Under the pieces are notes generated by a model. That model had not been told where the DNA came from and did not search any database. It was given only the letters and a program-made list of their open reading frames with translations. A stretch of DNA of 59,832 nt, the filler included, from Jimgerdemannia flammicorona (taxonomy: Eukaryota): the NCBI GenBank assembly GCA_003990765.1. It is 3 parts of 3 records of this genome, joined end to end, with 100 filler letters (N's around TTAATTAATTAA, not from the genome) between each part and the next. Parts side by side here need not be neighbours in the genome. Positions count along the whole stretch, not along the records: positions 39,956 to 59,832 come from RBNJ01001818.1; 2 more parts are not named here. The stretch is one strand, 5' to 3'. Below are positions 49,960 to 59,832 of this stretch, piece by piece; position 1 is the stretch's first letter, and each line of letters starts with the position of its first letter. A program made the position numbers and the translations under genes.

Positions 49960-50740
49960 AGGCGGAAATGTAAGGTGAAATGTGGAAATGCGGAGGTGAG
50001 AACGCGAAATGTAAGGTGAGGACATGCGAAATGCGGATGGGAACATGCGGCTCCCTTTAGATATGAACGCGAAACATCTACAAAATACAATAAATGACAA
50101 CAGGACGCGTTTGAAAACAAACCGATGGCCGTGGCGTTGCCGTGGTCTTTTGTGATGAACAGATGTGATGAACTGATTCAGGTGGAAGGTTTGCCCTAAA
50201 ACATAAAAACGTAGAAATGCAGAGAACACGAAATGTAAGGCGAAACACAGAACCGCGGGGTGGGAACGCGAAATGTAGCAAAAATATGGGAAATACGGAT
50301 GGGAACGTGCGTCTCACTTTAGGTCTGAACGCGAAACATCTACAAAATCCAATATATGACAACAGGACGCGTTTGAAAACAAACCGATGGGCCGTGGTGT
50401 TGCCGTGGTCTTTTGTGATGAAGAGATTCAGGTGGTGCCCTAAAACATAAAAACGTAGAAATGCAGAGAGAACACGAAATGTAAGGCGGAACACAGAACT
50501 GCGGGGTGGGAACGCGAAATGTAAGGCAAGGACATGGGAAATACGGATGGGAACGTGTCTCTCTTTAGGTCTGAACGCGAAACATGACAATAGGACGTGT
50601 TTGAAACAAACCGATGGTCCGCGGCGTTGCCAAGGTCTCTTGTGATGTGATTGGATTCAGGCAGAAGGACGTGAAGCGAACATCTCCAAAAGTCAATAAA
50701 AGACAACAGGACGCGTTTGGTGGGGATCAGATTCAGGCAA
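49960..50740. repeat. Tandem repeat, ~3.3 units of ~240-265 bp
   Basis: Repeated blocks gaacgcgaaatgta, tgaacgcgaaacat, caacaggacgcgtttgaaaacaaaccgatgg, gattcagg and ccctaaaacataaaaacgtagaaatgcagag. Confidence 0.92.
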
Positions 50741-50831
50741 AACAATTATAATGTCATTTGGCACGTGACCAAAACCTCCGTCAGAAAATCAAGTAATCGG
50801 AACATATTCTAGGAACGTAATAACGTAAGAC

Positions 50832-51423
50832 CTACGCCGCCAATTCCTCATGCTTTCCACGAAACCCTTGACGAATTTTGGATCCCGCGCGCCAACGAAC
50901 CAGTCAACGATCTTGCCTTTGTGGAAGGCAGCGACTGTCGGTAGTGCTGCGAAGATATCAAAGCATTTAAACGATAAGCATAGCCGATAGTGGAGAATCA
51001 ACATCTGTGAAGGAAGAGCCAAGTTGAGGGCGGCGAAGTATCACTACTTGTATTTTGATGCCACGTCCGCGGCCTCGTCGACGTTGAGCCTGGCCATGGT
51101 CACCTTCTTATTCTCTGCGACAGATTTGGCGAGGATGGGACCGAGCACTTTGCAGGGGTCGCACCAGCTGCAATTCAATCAAGGAATGAGTTTGAAATTG
51201 TCAGAAATGCTACCCCATGATCGTTCTCCTCCAAACTTGAATGCGGTGCTCAAGCGGCTCACTGGGCGTAGAAATCGACGATGACGGGCTGTTTCGCCTT
51301 CACAACAATCTCCTCAAACTCTTCCTTCTTAATCTCCAGGACGCGGCCGTCGCGCGCCACGCGAGTGGTGTGAAAGAGAGCGGGTCTGGCGACGCCTGCA
51401 CAGTGAATGGAGGTATTAAGCAT
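50832..51423 (-). pseudogene. Mitochondrial-type thioredoxin, probably damaged (WCDPC)
   Basis: MLNTS...FHTTRVARDG...QPVIVDFYA|WCDPCKVLGPILAK...LNVDEAADVASKY|ALPTVAAFHKGKIVDWFVGA. The second intron has no frame-compatible GT-AG pair that I could find, and the C-terminus appears frameshifted. Confidence 0.7.
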
Positions 51424-51861
51424 ATAAGCGTCAGTAGGAGTGGGAATTCTACCTCTCTAGCAAATGGAGAGCGGACATTGTTTGCAAGAATGGTATCAAA
51501 GGAGAGAAGAAACGTTTGTCAGCATTTCAGTATTTCTATACTTCTGTGACCACCACCAACCATGGACTGTGGCACTTATCTTTTCTTCTTCACTTGGAAC
51601 AATGGCTGACGGGATCGTTTATCTAACCGTCAAGAGCGTTTGCTTCAAGTTAGTTGTCTAATGAGGTTGTATCCGATATTTACATTGGGAGTAGTTCTCC
51701 TGAAGAGGAATTACTAGTAGGGTTCGAACCTCCTTCCAGTTGATCAGACTGATACTAAGGCTCTTGTCCTAAATGAAGTGGCCAAACCTTGCTCAATGTA
51801 CTAAGAAATGTTGTTGGTATTTAGAAATATTCAGCTATTAGCACATGACTAGCATATGTTT

Positions 51862-51975
51862 AATCTTTAATTACAAAGAGATAGGGGGTAGAACTCCCAG
51901 AGAGATAGGGTAGGGGTAGGGGTATTGTATTTTTTGGGTATAGACTGGTTGAGTGATAAAGTGAGTCTGAGTGAC

Positions 51976-52038
<63 letters not shown>
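51862..52038 (+). mobile_element. Very short 5'-truncated LINE insertion with long poly(A) and 14-bp TSD
   Basis: ACTAGCATATGTTT at 51848-51861 and 52039-52052. The 3' end atagactgg...gagtctgagtgactat(A)n resembles the LINE tail atagactgg...gagtccaagtaactat(A)n. Confidence 0.88.
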
Positions 52039-52041
<3 letters not shown>

Positions 52042-52850
52042 AGCATATGTTTGCATTTTATTTATTTTATAATAAAATAAGAAAACAGTTACAAGTAATA
52101 TACTAGAGCAGACAGTAGTCATAATTAGTATAAAGTAGTAGTTATAAAAAGATATAAATATCAGACAAAAGATAGAATAGTAAATATTATCTCTACTTTA
52201 AGAAAATTTATAAAGATATCTCCTTAATGTTTTTACTCTCATCAAACAGCTCACTGAGACTGGCTCTTCTCAAATATTATAGAATAACTCTTCAAACATA
52301 TTAAATACTATATAAAAAAGAAACTACTGCACCAAGATCTACTAAGTAAAAGAATAATTAAAAGACTTCTTGATATATATATATATATATCAAATCTCTA
52401 AATAATACTAACTTTACTGAGGGTGACCTATTGATATGATCTATCTTATTTTATAATATTCTTTCAGTTTCTATTGGAAGGCTTGAAAGTATTAAATTCT
52501 TCCAAGATATTATTGAACTTTATTTGAGTCAGAGCTTTCAGAAATTTATATATTGATAGAGAATAGTTCAGTAGAGGTCTATTAATGTTCAATAGTTATG
52601 AAGATAGCTACAGTGATCTTATTCTTAGTTTGTTTACAGTGTTATTGTTGACCATTTATATTATAGAAAGTTATCTATAAAATGTTGTCAGAAATATGAC
52701 TTCTCTTTAAAAATTCTATTGGAATTTCTGTTACACTATGTATTTATATCAGATTACTACTTCTTCTGCATTTGGCAAGAGATTATCCTCTTTTCCCAGA
52801 TGACATCATATTCAGAATAACCTTTCCATTTTACTAGTTTGTACCAGGTG

Positions 52851-53149
52851 TGTCTGAAAAGACAATGCCGCGAAGCTACCATCCGCTGAATTATGGCTGA
52901 ACGCCTCTAAGTCAGAATCCGTGCTAGAAGCGACGATGCATACCTTCTCCATATTTAGTCAAATAACAATAGAGCTTCGGCTCCTGAATCATACTAGGGG
53001 GTGTTCGGTGCGTGGCAGAAAGGCTGCGTTCCTTGCTCCCGAATTGCAATTTCAAATATTGGAGAGGATAAATCTTTTGCAGACGACTTAAATAGAACCG
53101 GGTATTGTAAGCAATAGAGTAGCCTTATTGCTAAAATCTGCTGAGATTA
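52851..53149 (+). rRNA. Dispersed fragment of the 3' region of 28S/25S rRNA (pseudogene)
   Basis: Contains TGCCGCGAAGCTACCATCCGCTG...ATGGCTGAACGCCTCTAAGTCAGAATCC and GGGTATTGTAAGCAATAGAGTAGCCTT...ATCTGCTGAGATTA. It stops about 20 nt short of the mature end, and the flanks are not rDNA. Confidence 0.95.
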
Positions 53150-54722
53150 GGGTGGGCAGCTTCCTGTTTCGACAAAAGCTTGGCATATGGAGGTGCTTTA
53201 TTATGAGAGGACAAGAAATTAGTTGTTTAGTCTTATAGGCATTAATGCAAGATGAAGGGAGCTGTCCTTGCCATGACTGTAGAACCACTATCAGTATAGT
53301 TATCTTGCCGTGCGACACGTACCTTATGTACATTCCAGGTCACTTCTTACCATCCCTCTTCTTACTCTCACACCCCTCACACCCATCTTCTCTCTAAGAC
53401 AATGATGATAAAGAATATCGACAGTTATCCTCAAACGATGAGTATGACAACAATGACAATCTAGCAAATGGCCGCGGAACGCTGTGATATCAAACTTCAA
53501 AAAGAAATAATGTCTCAACTATATTAAGGGATCTTCTGATAGAGCAACCTCTCTTCCCTTACCTTCCGATTCGACAATGTAGCACTCGATGTCCTCCTCA
53601 TGGAAACCAACCTAAGCTGCAAAATGATCCAAGCCGTCCAAGAGGCACCGGAGCACCCAGTAGACATGAACGACGAGCAGCCGTTATTCGGCCAGGAGAA
53701 AGAAGTACCCGGCAACCCAACGGAGCTCTCCCTGACAAGCCAACAGCTACTGGGGCAAATAGAGCCCGACGAGGCCATCCTTATAACCCGAGAAAAGGAC
53801 AAAGGGCAAGCCCTCTAACTAACGGAGTATTCGAACCATAGAACGGTCAAAGCGACACTGGTCAAGCAAACGCTCTAGCACCCAAGAGACCAGGAATGGT
53901 GCATCTGTGAGGACGAACTCCAGTACCACGAGCCAAAGATAAACTAGACCCTAAGGTTTAGAAGGCAACCGGGGCGGGCCGAGCCAGAGCAGCCAGAACC
54001 TCCAGAAATCTTAGGCCGAACCAGGCTCCCCGGCTTTCCTCGAAGGAAACCAAGGCGGAAACACCTCAGGAACAAATAAGGGGAACACAAAGGAGACCAC
54101 CAACGCCACCGCCCAGAAGCCACTCGCGCCGAGGAAGATCACCGACACCAATCCCAATAGTACCAACACATATTCCCCAAAATGCAATAGAAAGGACACA
54201 GTTCGCAGACCTAAACGAACTCCCAACGTTGGAACAAGTACTGAACGGGACATGGGCAGCAGAAGAAAAGGTGGATGCCAAACTCCCAGATGAAGAGGTA
54301 GCCAACGCAGAGCAAGAAGATGACCGGCTATATCATCTTTACTGAGCAATGAACGAGAAAGCAAAGGGGAACTACCATAGTATCCGAGCCATCGACCACC
54401 ACCTAACGCTAGGAAAGCTCCACTACCGGAGAGCGGCACAAATGGCGGAAGAAGAAGGGGTACTACCGGAAAATGACCACTTGAACAAAGAGTGTGCAAC
54501 GGAAACTCGAACTACCTGTACATACGTCACTGGGGGGGAGAGGGGAATGGTGGGGAGAGGGGAGAGGGGAATGGTGGGGAGAGAGGAGTGGTGAAGAGAG
54601 AGGAGTGGTGGGTTCGATGTCAAGTTATAGGGTGGTACATGTTCAAACAATCCGTAATATGGTAGACAACCCAACAGAGGCGAGAACAGCAAGACCCGTT
54701 TCATCCGCGGGACTTAGAGTCC

Positions 54723-54754
<32 letters not shown>
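53150..54754 (+). mobile_element. Non-autonomous poly(A) retroposon with a degenerate ORF, fused behind the 28S fragment
   Basis: Poly(A) 54726-54754. A frame from ATG 53402 runs through ORF 53600-53818 and beyond, broken by isolated stops. The 3' motif is shared with the neighbouring element. Confidence 0.55.
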
Positions 54755-54759
<5 letters not shown>

Positions 54760-54808
<49 letters not shown>

Positions 54809-55969
54809 GGACTCATGTCCCGTGGATTTTTATTGGAAGGGAACCTAGACTATATAGGCCAAAACCCTCCCCCACCACCCACCAAGCACTGCCACCCCAT
54901 TAACCTAGGCTAGCTATTGTCCAGCAGCTCGACCATGCTAGGCGCAGTAGGGCCGAAAAGGCCCGCACCTCATTCTGTGCACCATGCTCTCCCTACTACT
55001 AGGGGAAACCCAACCATATGCCAATGACCGAAAGCACATGCCCGAGAACCCAACGTATGTACAAGGCCATGCCCGAGCCAAATAGAATTGCCTCTGCCAC
55101 CCCAAAGAGAATGACAGGCAAAGAAAAACCCTCATCAAAGCACAACACAGTGGGTAGGGCCTGGTTCTCCCAATCGAGGTGAGTAAAGGACTTACACGTG
55201 AGGCGGGAGGAAACCCCCAATACTCCACTACTCAAGCCTGTGGGCCTCGATCATGTTGCCATATCAGCTCCTGGTTCCAGTTGAGTGCAGCCAAGATGCC
55301 TGAAATGGGTAGCCTCAGGCCTCCCAACCCCCCCTGACGACTGGGGCCTCACCCCGCTAACTGCCAAAAGAAGCCGTTAGTGACACCTACCACCTAACTG
55401 CGCTGCACCAATCAAAAGGCCCCACCAAAGCAGCACCTGCCCCAGCCCCGATAACCGCCCCCAGCCTGGCACCCTACTGGTTCACCGTAATTACCCTTCC
55501 TCCTATCTGTGATGGCCATCTCCCCTTCCAACCTGACACCACCCAAAAAGCAGTCACCTATGTCAGAACCACGCTCGCCGGGAAGCTCGCCAAAGCCAGA
55601 GGGCCCCACCACAGGCACTGAGGACCTGCAGATAACCTTCACTGAGCACTTGATGCCCAAGGTCGGCCGACTCCCTACGTAGCCCAAGATACACCGAGAC
55701 AACACCTTGTTGGCGACGGCAAAAGGAAGAAGGCGCTACACCAAAACAGGTACACCCCAGATGCAGCTGAAGGCACCAGAATCCGCGAAAAAGTGGAGGA
55801 AGCACCGATCCAACACTGATAAAGGGGCAACTCAGCACCATTGCCCTCCTCCCACCATACCCCTGTAGGCACAGCAAACCAACCCGAGGTAGAGGGGGTA
55901 ATAATAGGGGAAAGGGGACTCGGAAGGTCACCTACCAAACCTTGTGGCTGGTAAGGTAGCAGAGAAAGG
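54760..55969 (-). mobile_element. Non-autonomous poly(A) retroposon sharing its 5' head with the minisatellite element
   Basis: Poly(T) 54760-54805; 3' motif atccacgggacatgagtccgtt(A)n; head 55917-55969 matches 5903-5956. Confidence 0.65.
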
Positions 55970-56741
55970 AGCTGGATATATCATCATCATTGTAGACCTT
56001 TTTACAAAATTGATAGAAGTGGGATCCCTTATGGAAGCCAATGCACAGTCAATTGCTGATTTCTTCTACAAGGAAATCATCTGCTGGTTCAAGACCCCAA
56101 CACAAGTAACTACAGATAGAGGAACAGAATTCATGAACCAGTTCTTCGAAGTTCTCTATAAGAAGTACAAGATCCAGTATATTTGGACTACAGCATATTA
56201 CCCTTAAGGAAACGGACAAGTAGAAAGGACCAACAAAACCCTCAAGAACATTATTGCCAAGATCTGTGATAACTATGAGAACTGGGATCACTATCTACCA
56301 ATAGTATTATCTGCTCTCCGAGATATCTGATCACAAAGTACCCACTTTACCCCTCGAGAAATGCTATTCGGAGAAGAATGTTCTCAGAGAACCCTGTTAT
56401 TCAATAGAGATGCTGTATGGAAACATGTGGATATAGAAATACAGAGACTACACCAAATCAAGAAGAAGGCTGAGAATTACATAACGAAGGTGCAGACACT
56501 ACAATAGAGGAATGCAGAAAAGACCTACAAACCCTTGGAGATTATCAAGATAGGAGACAAAGTCCTGGTGTATCAGAATATAGTCGAAGCTTCATGGTCA
56601 TGAAAAACTGGAGCCCAAGTGGGAAGGACCTTACCTTGTACAAGATATAAATGGAACCACCTTTTGGCTATGAAAACCCTCAGGGACAATAATCCCCACC
56701 ACCATTCATCGAAACTGACTCAAGAAATATTATGGCCAGTA
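55970..56741 (+). pseudogene. Gypsy integrase fragment (family B)
   Basis: YIIIIVDLFTKLIE...QVTTDRGTEF...TTAYYP*GNGQVERTNKTLK (DDE core), GDKVLV...KLEPKWEGPY (GPY motif); contains stops and a frameshift. Confidence 0.92.
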
Positions 56742-56754
56742 ACAAAGTACTGCA

Positions 56755-57192
56755 ATGGTACTCAAGATCACTAGTGCTGCCCAAAGAGCCATTGAGAGAC
56801 AATGGTACACCACCGAGCCTCTGACCATAGAGGAGTCTTATGATAGTATCCAAAGCATCATGCAGACTCATCTCTCTTGGATCTCACACTTCAAGGCCTA
56901 TCAGCATCAAAATAAATTTCAAGAGTACTTCAAACTTGGCCAAATACTCAACCAAGACCCAGAAATGACCAAAGAAAATTGGATTGCAGAATGCCAGCTC
57001 TCCTATTCCCAGATCACCATTGCCAAAAGAATCCACAAGCTATTCTGAGAGGATGAATCAGTACTAGCCCACCTGTGAGGAGTGACTCCCTCAGACTTCA
57101 ACCAAGTCAGGTGACACTATTGGGAAACAGTAATGCAACAAATTGCGCAATATAAGACCATATAGACCATTGAAGCTTAAGAGTTTGAATAG
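56755..57192 (+). pseudogene. Extra ORF between pol and the 3' LTR, unknown function
   Basis: 97-aa ORF 56755-57048 continues in frame through stops (EDESVLAHL*GVTPSDFNQVR*HYWETVMQQIAQY). Confidence 0.5.
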
Positions 57193-57229
57193 ATGCTTTA
57201 GGGATGAGATCATCTATTCAGGAGGAAGT

Positions 57230-57697
57230 TGTGACAGTATAGCCAGATTTGGAAGAAGGAAATAGGGAACAGAGACTTGATCACACCCAGTCCCAAAGTA
57301 GTATAGCCACATAGTTAACAGTCCTTGATTTCACAACTTACTGAATATTTTGCAAAGTGCAAGATTGAGCTTCTCGATATAGTATAGCATTTTGCAACTT
57401 GCTAAATATTTTGCAAAGTGTTAAATGACTCATAACTTAGCCACGTAACCTAGTAACCATCTCACAGCTAGCAAACTTATATAAATAACCCAGTATCTTC
57501 GAGTGAATAAATCTCAGATCGAAATAGTTCAAAGCAAAGAGATAGCAAAAGGAACTAGTAAGCCTGTGGGCAGATACACTTTGAACTCACCCACCCTCCC
57601 CTACAATTTCAAGAGACTCTGCGAGAGTCAGAACAGTCAAGTTTTCAAGATACAGAAATCTGATGTACTTTCAAGAGTAAGCATCCACTATGTTACA
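57230..57697 (+). mobile_element. 3' LTR of Gypsy family B
   Basis: TGTGAC...GTTACA termini; preceded by purine tract AGGAGGAAG (57220-57228); near-identical ends to 58171-58646. Confidence 0.92.
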
Positions 57698-58170
57698 ATA
57701 CTCAGTATAGAGGATATTTATATATATTTTGAGGCCATGGCTAAATATAATATATTAGATATATCTCTATATAGTTTTACTATATGAGATATCTATAACT
57801 AATTGTTGAAAATTTTATTGAAAATTTTATTAAAATTTCCAGTATATCATGAAAAAATAATTCAGTTCTAAGTATATTTATCAGAGATCTATGAATTCTA
57901 GTAGATGTTTATAATAGTATATTATAAACTTGAACATATTTTATAGATAGAAATATATATATAAATTTAAATATTTGTTATAATATGAACTTATTTCATT
58001 AATAATAAATATAAACTCTTTAATATAAGTATAAACTAATATTCTATAGATATAAAGTCTTTAATATAAGTATAAACTTATATTATATAGATATAAATAG
58101 CTTATAAATAATAGGTGAATAAAAGGTTGAATTTCTCAAAAAAGGTCATTTTATTTCTTTTTTTATTTAT

Positions 58171-58646
58171 TGTGACAGTACAGCCAGATTTGGAAGAAGG
58201 AAATAGGGAATAGACACTTGATCACACCCATTTCCAAAGTAGTATAGCATTATAGTTAGCAGTCCTCAATTTCAACATTGTCTAATTTCTTAGACATTGT
58301 CTAAATTTTAGACATTATCCAAATCGAATATCCCGATTTAGTATAGTATTTAGACATTGTCCAAATGTTTCGACAAAGTCCAAATGACTCATTTATTACT
58401 TAGCCACCCTCTCATAGCTAGCAAACTTGTATAAATAACCCAGTATTTTAGAGTGAATAAATCTCAGATCGAAATAGTTCAAAGCAAAGAGATAGCAAAG
58501 GAACTAGTAAGCCTGCGGGCAGATACACTTCGAACTCACCCACCCTCCCCTGCCACTTCAAGAGACTCTGCAAGAGTCAGAACAGTCAAGTTTTCAAGAT
58601 ACAGAAATCTGACATACTTTCAAGAGTAAGCGTCCACTACATTACA
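58171..58646 (+). mobile_element. 5' LTR of a second family B element
   Basis: TGTGAC...ATTACA termini; followed by PBS-like TGGTGCCCATTGGCTGG (58650-58666) and gag. Confidence 0.92.
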
Positions 58647-58760
58647 ACTTGGTGCCCATTGGCTGGTGATTCAAGATGAATCCCTCACTTTCAAGCTGAA
58701 TAACGAACAACCGCCACCACCCGAACAACCATACAAACCAAGCCCCAATACCCAGACAAG

Positions 58761-59832
58761 ATGGATATGAGACCACCAGTATTCCATGGATATACCTCAG
58801 ATGAATCAATCATCACCTTCATTGATGATTTCGAGCAGTATGCCGCTGTAAGGACCCTGACAGCAGTACAGCAAGTAGCCCTCATGCCCTTCAGCCTACG
58901 AGGCCCTGCCAGAGCAGCATTCACAGCCGCAACCCATGCAGGAAATGATGCTGATGCTATACTGATGGCACAGAAGACCTGGCTCCGAAATACATACTAC
59001 ACAGACGAGATCAAGCAAGCCCTGAAGGATCAGCTCAACACAACATGCCAAGGAATGAGTGAGGATCCAAACACATTCTATACCAGAATTCGATATCAGA
59101 TAATCCTTGCAGATTATGCTGCTGCTACCCAAGATCAAGTAGCTGAAGCAATCTTCATGAAAGGAGTCCATCCAGAAATAGCCATGGCCATCCGCTCATC
59201 ACCAGTGATTCTGGATCTGCCACAGAGAGTCACCTATGCTCAGCGATACTGGACAGCCAGACACCCACAAGACCATACAATGGAGAGGGTCACAGGAGTC
59301 AGAATCGAGGCACCCAAAGCAACCAGTGTGATCCCCACCACAATGATCAATCGAAACACACCTCAGCCAAAAGCTACAGAGCAGCAAAAGAATAGTAACC
59401 CTATGGAGGAACTCGCCAAAAGGTTTGCTGAAATGACTGCCCACCTGGGAGATGTGGTAAAGGAAATCCGAGGAAGAGATCACCACCCTGTTCAGAAGTT
59501 TGCCGCCACCTCAGACAAGAAGAAAGGTACCTACTACAGCTGTGGAGAAGAAGGCCACTACTCCTATGAATACATGAGCAAAACCAAGCACAAGGCTCAA
59601 CCAAGCAATGCTACATAAAACAAGGAGCAGGCCAATATAATTACCTTCGAGGAGATTGGAGATTCTGATGAAGAAGAATGGGAGGCCTATCCTGCTCAGA
59701 CCACCAAGAAGGATGTTCGCAAAGAACCCTACAAGAGACCGCCAGGAAGACCCAAGAAGAACCCAGTGGAAAAGCAGATGGAAACTGCCACAGAAAGTCA
59801 AGCCGAAGAAATGGACCAGAATATCGAGCTGG
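58761..59832 (+). pseudogene. Gypsy gag (family B), degenerate, continues past the window end
   Basis: PPVFHGYTSDESIITFIDDFEQYA...SLRGPARA, CQGMSEDPNTFYTRI, FMKGVHPEI, and a damaged zinc knuckle YYSCGEEGHYSYEY. The frame continues after the stop at 59616-59618. Confidence 0.88.

Noticed and set aside
46460..50740. CRISPR-like array next to a nuclease gene
   Set aside because: The units are contiguous degenerate repeats without unique constant-length spacers; eukaryotic context with no cas genes.
51700..51800. tRNA gene around the B-box-like GGTTCGAACC (51722-51731)
   Set aside because: No convincing A box or cloverleaf on either strand; at most a decayed tRNA/SINE relic.
52851..53149. Functional rDNA unit
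   Set aside because: Only ~300 bp, truncated at both ends, with substitutions in conserved positions and non-rDNA flanks.

Overview
Eukaryotic (fungal) genomic scaffold with two artificial contig joins (N-runs carrying a TTAATTAATTAA linker at ~19879-19978 and ~39856-39955). Gene set, short GT-AG introns and element types suggest an early-diverging fungus, probably Mucoromycota such as Endogonales (inference). The central CpG-rich island (20.2-39.7 kb) holds five intron-containing genes: NDC80, a large GHKL-ATPase/DUF3684-type gene with CUE and HExxH domains, GatA (HER2/QRSL1), a small membrane-protein gene divergent from it, and an RSPRY1-like SPRY-RING ligase. Further right are a Crinkler-type nuclease-like gene and a probably damaged thioredoxin. 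The flanks are dense with transposon relics: L1/Tx1-like LINEs, two Gypsy families (LTRs, gag, integrase, one intact solo LTR) and several non-autonomous poly(A) retroposons. Best leads: (1) different poly(A) retroposons share a ~54-nt 5' head or a 3' stem-loop; one carries a 9-bp minisatellite and one is headed by the 3' end of 28S rRNA; (2) repeat copies show graded decay from CpG loss to CpA/TpG->TpA changes, resembling RIP; (3) a tandem repeat at 46.5-47 kb is built of nested palindromes with a compensatory change; (4) a ~110-bp dispersed element brackets the GatA/small-gene pair in inverted orientation. All calls come from reading the sequence by eye; no database searches were run.
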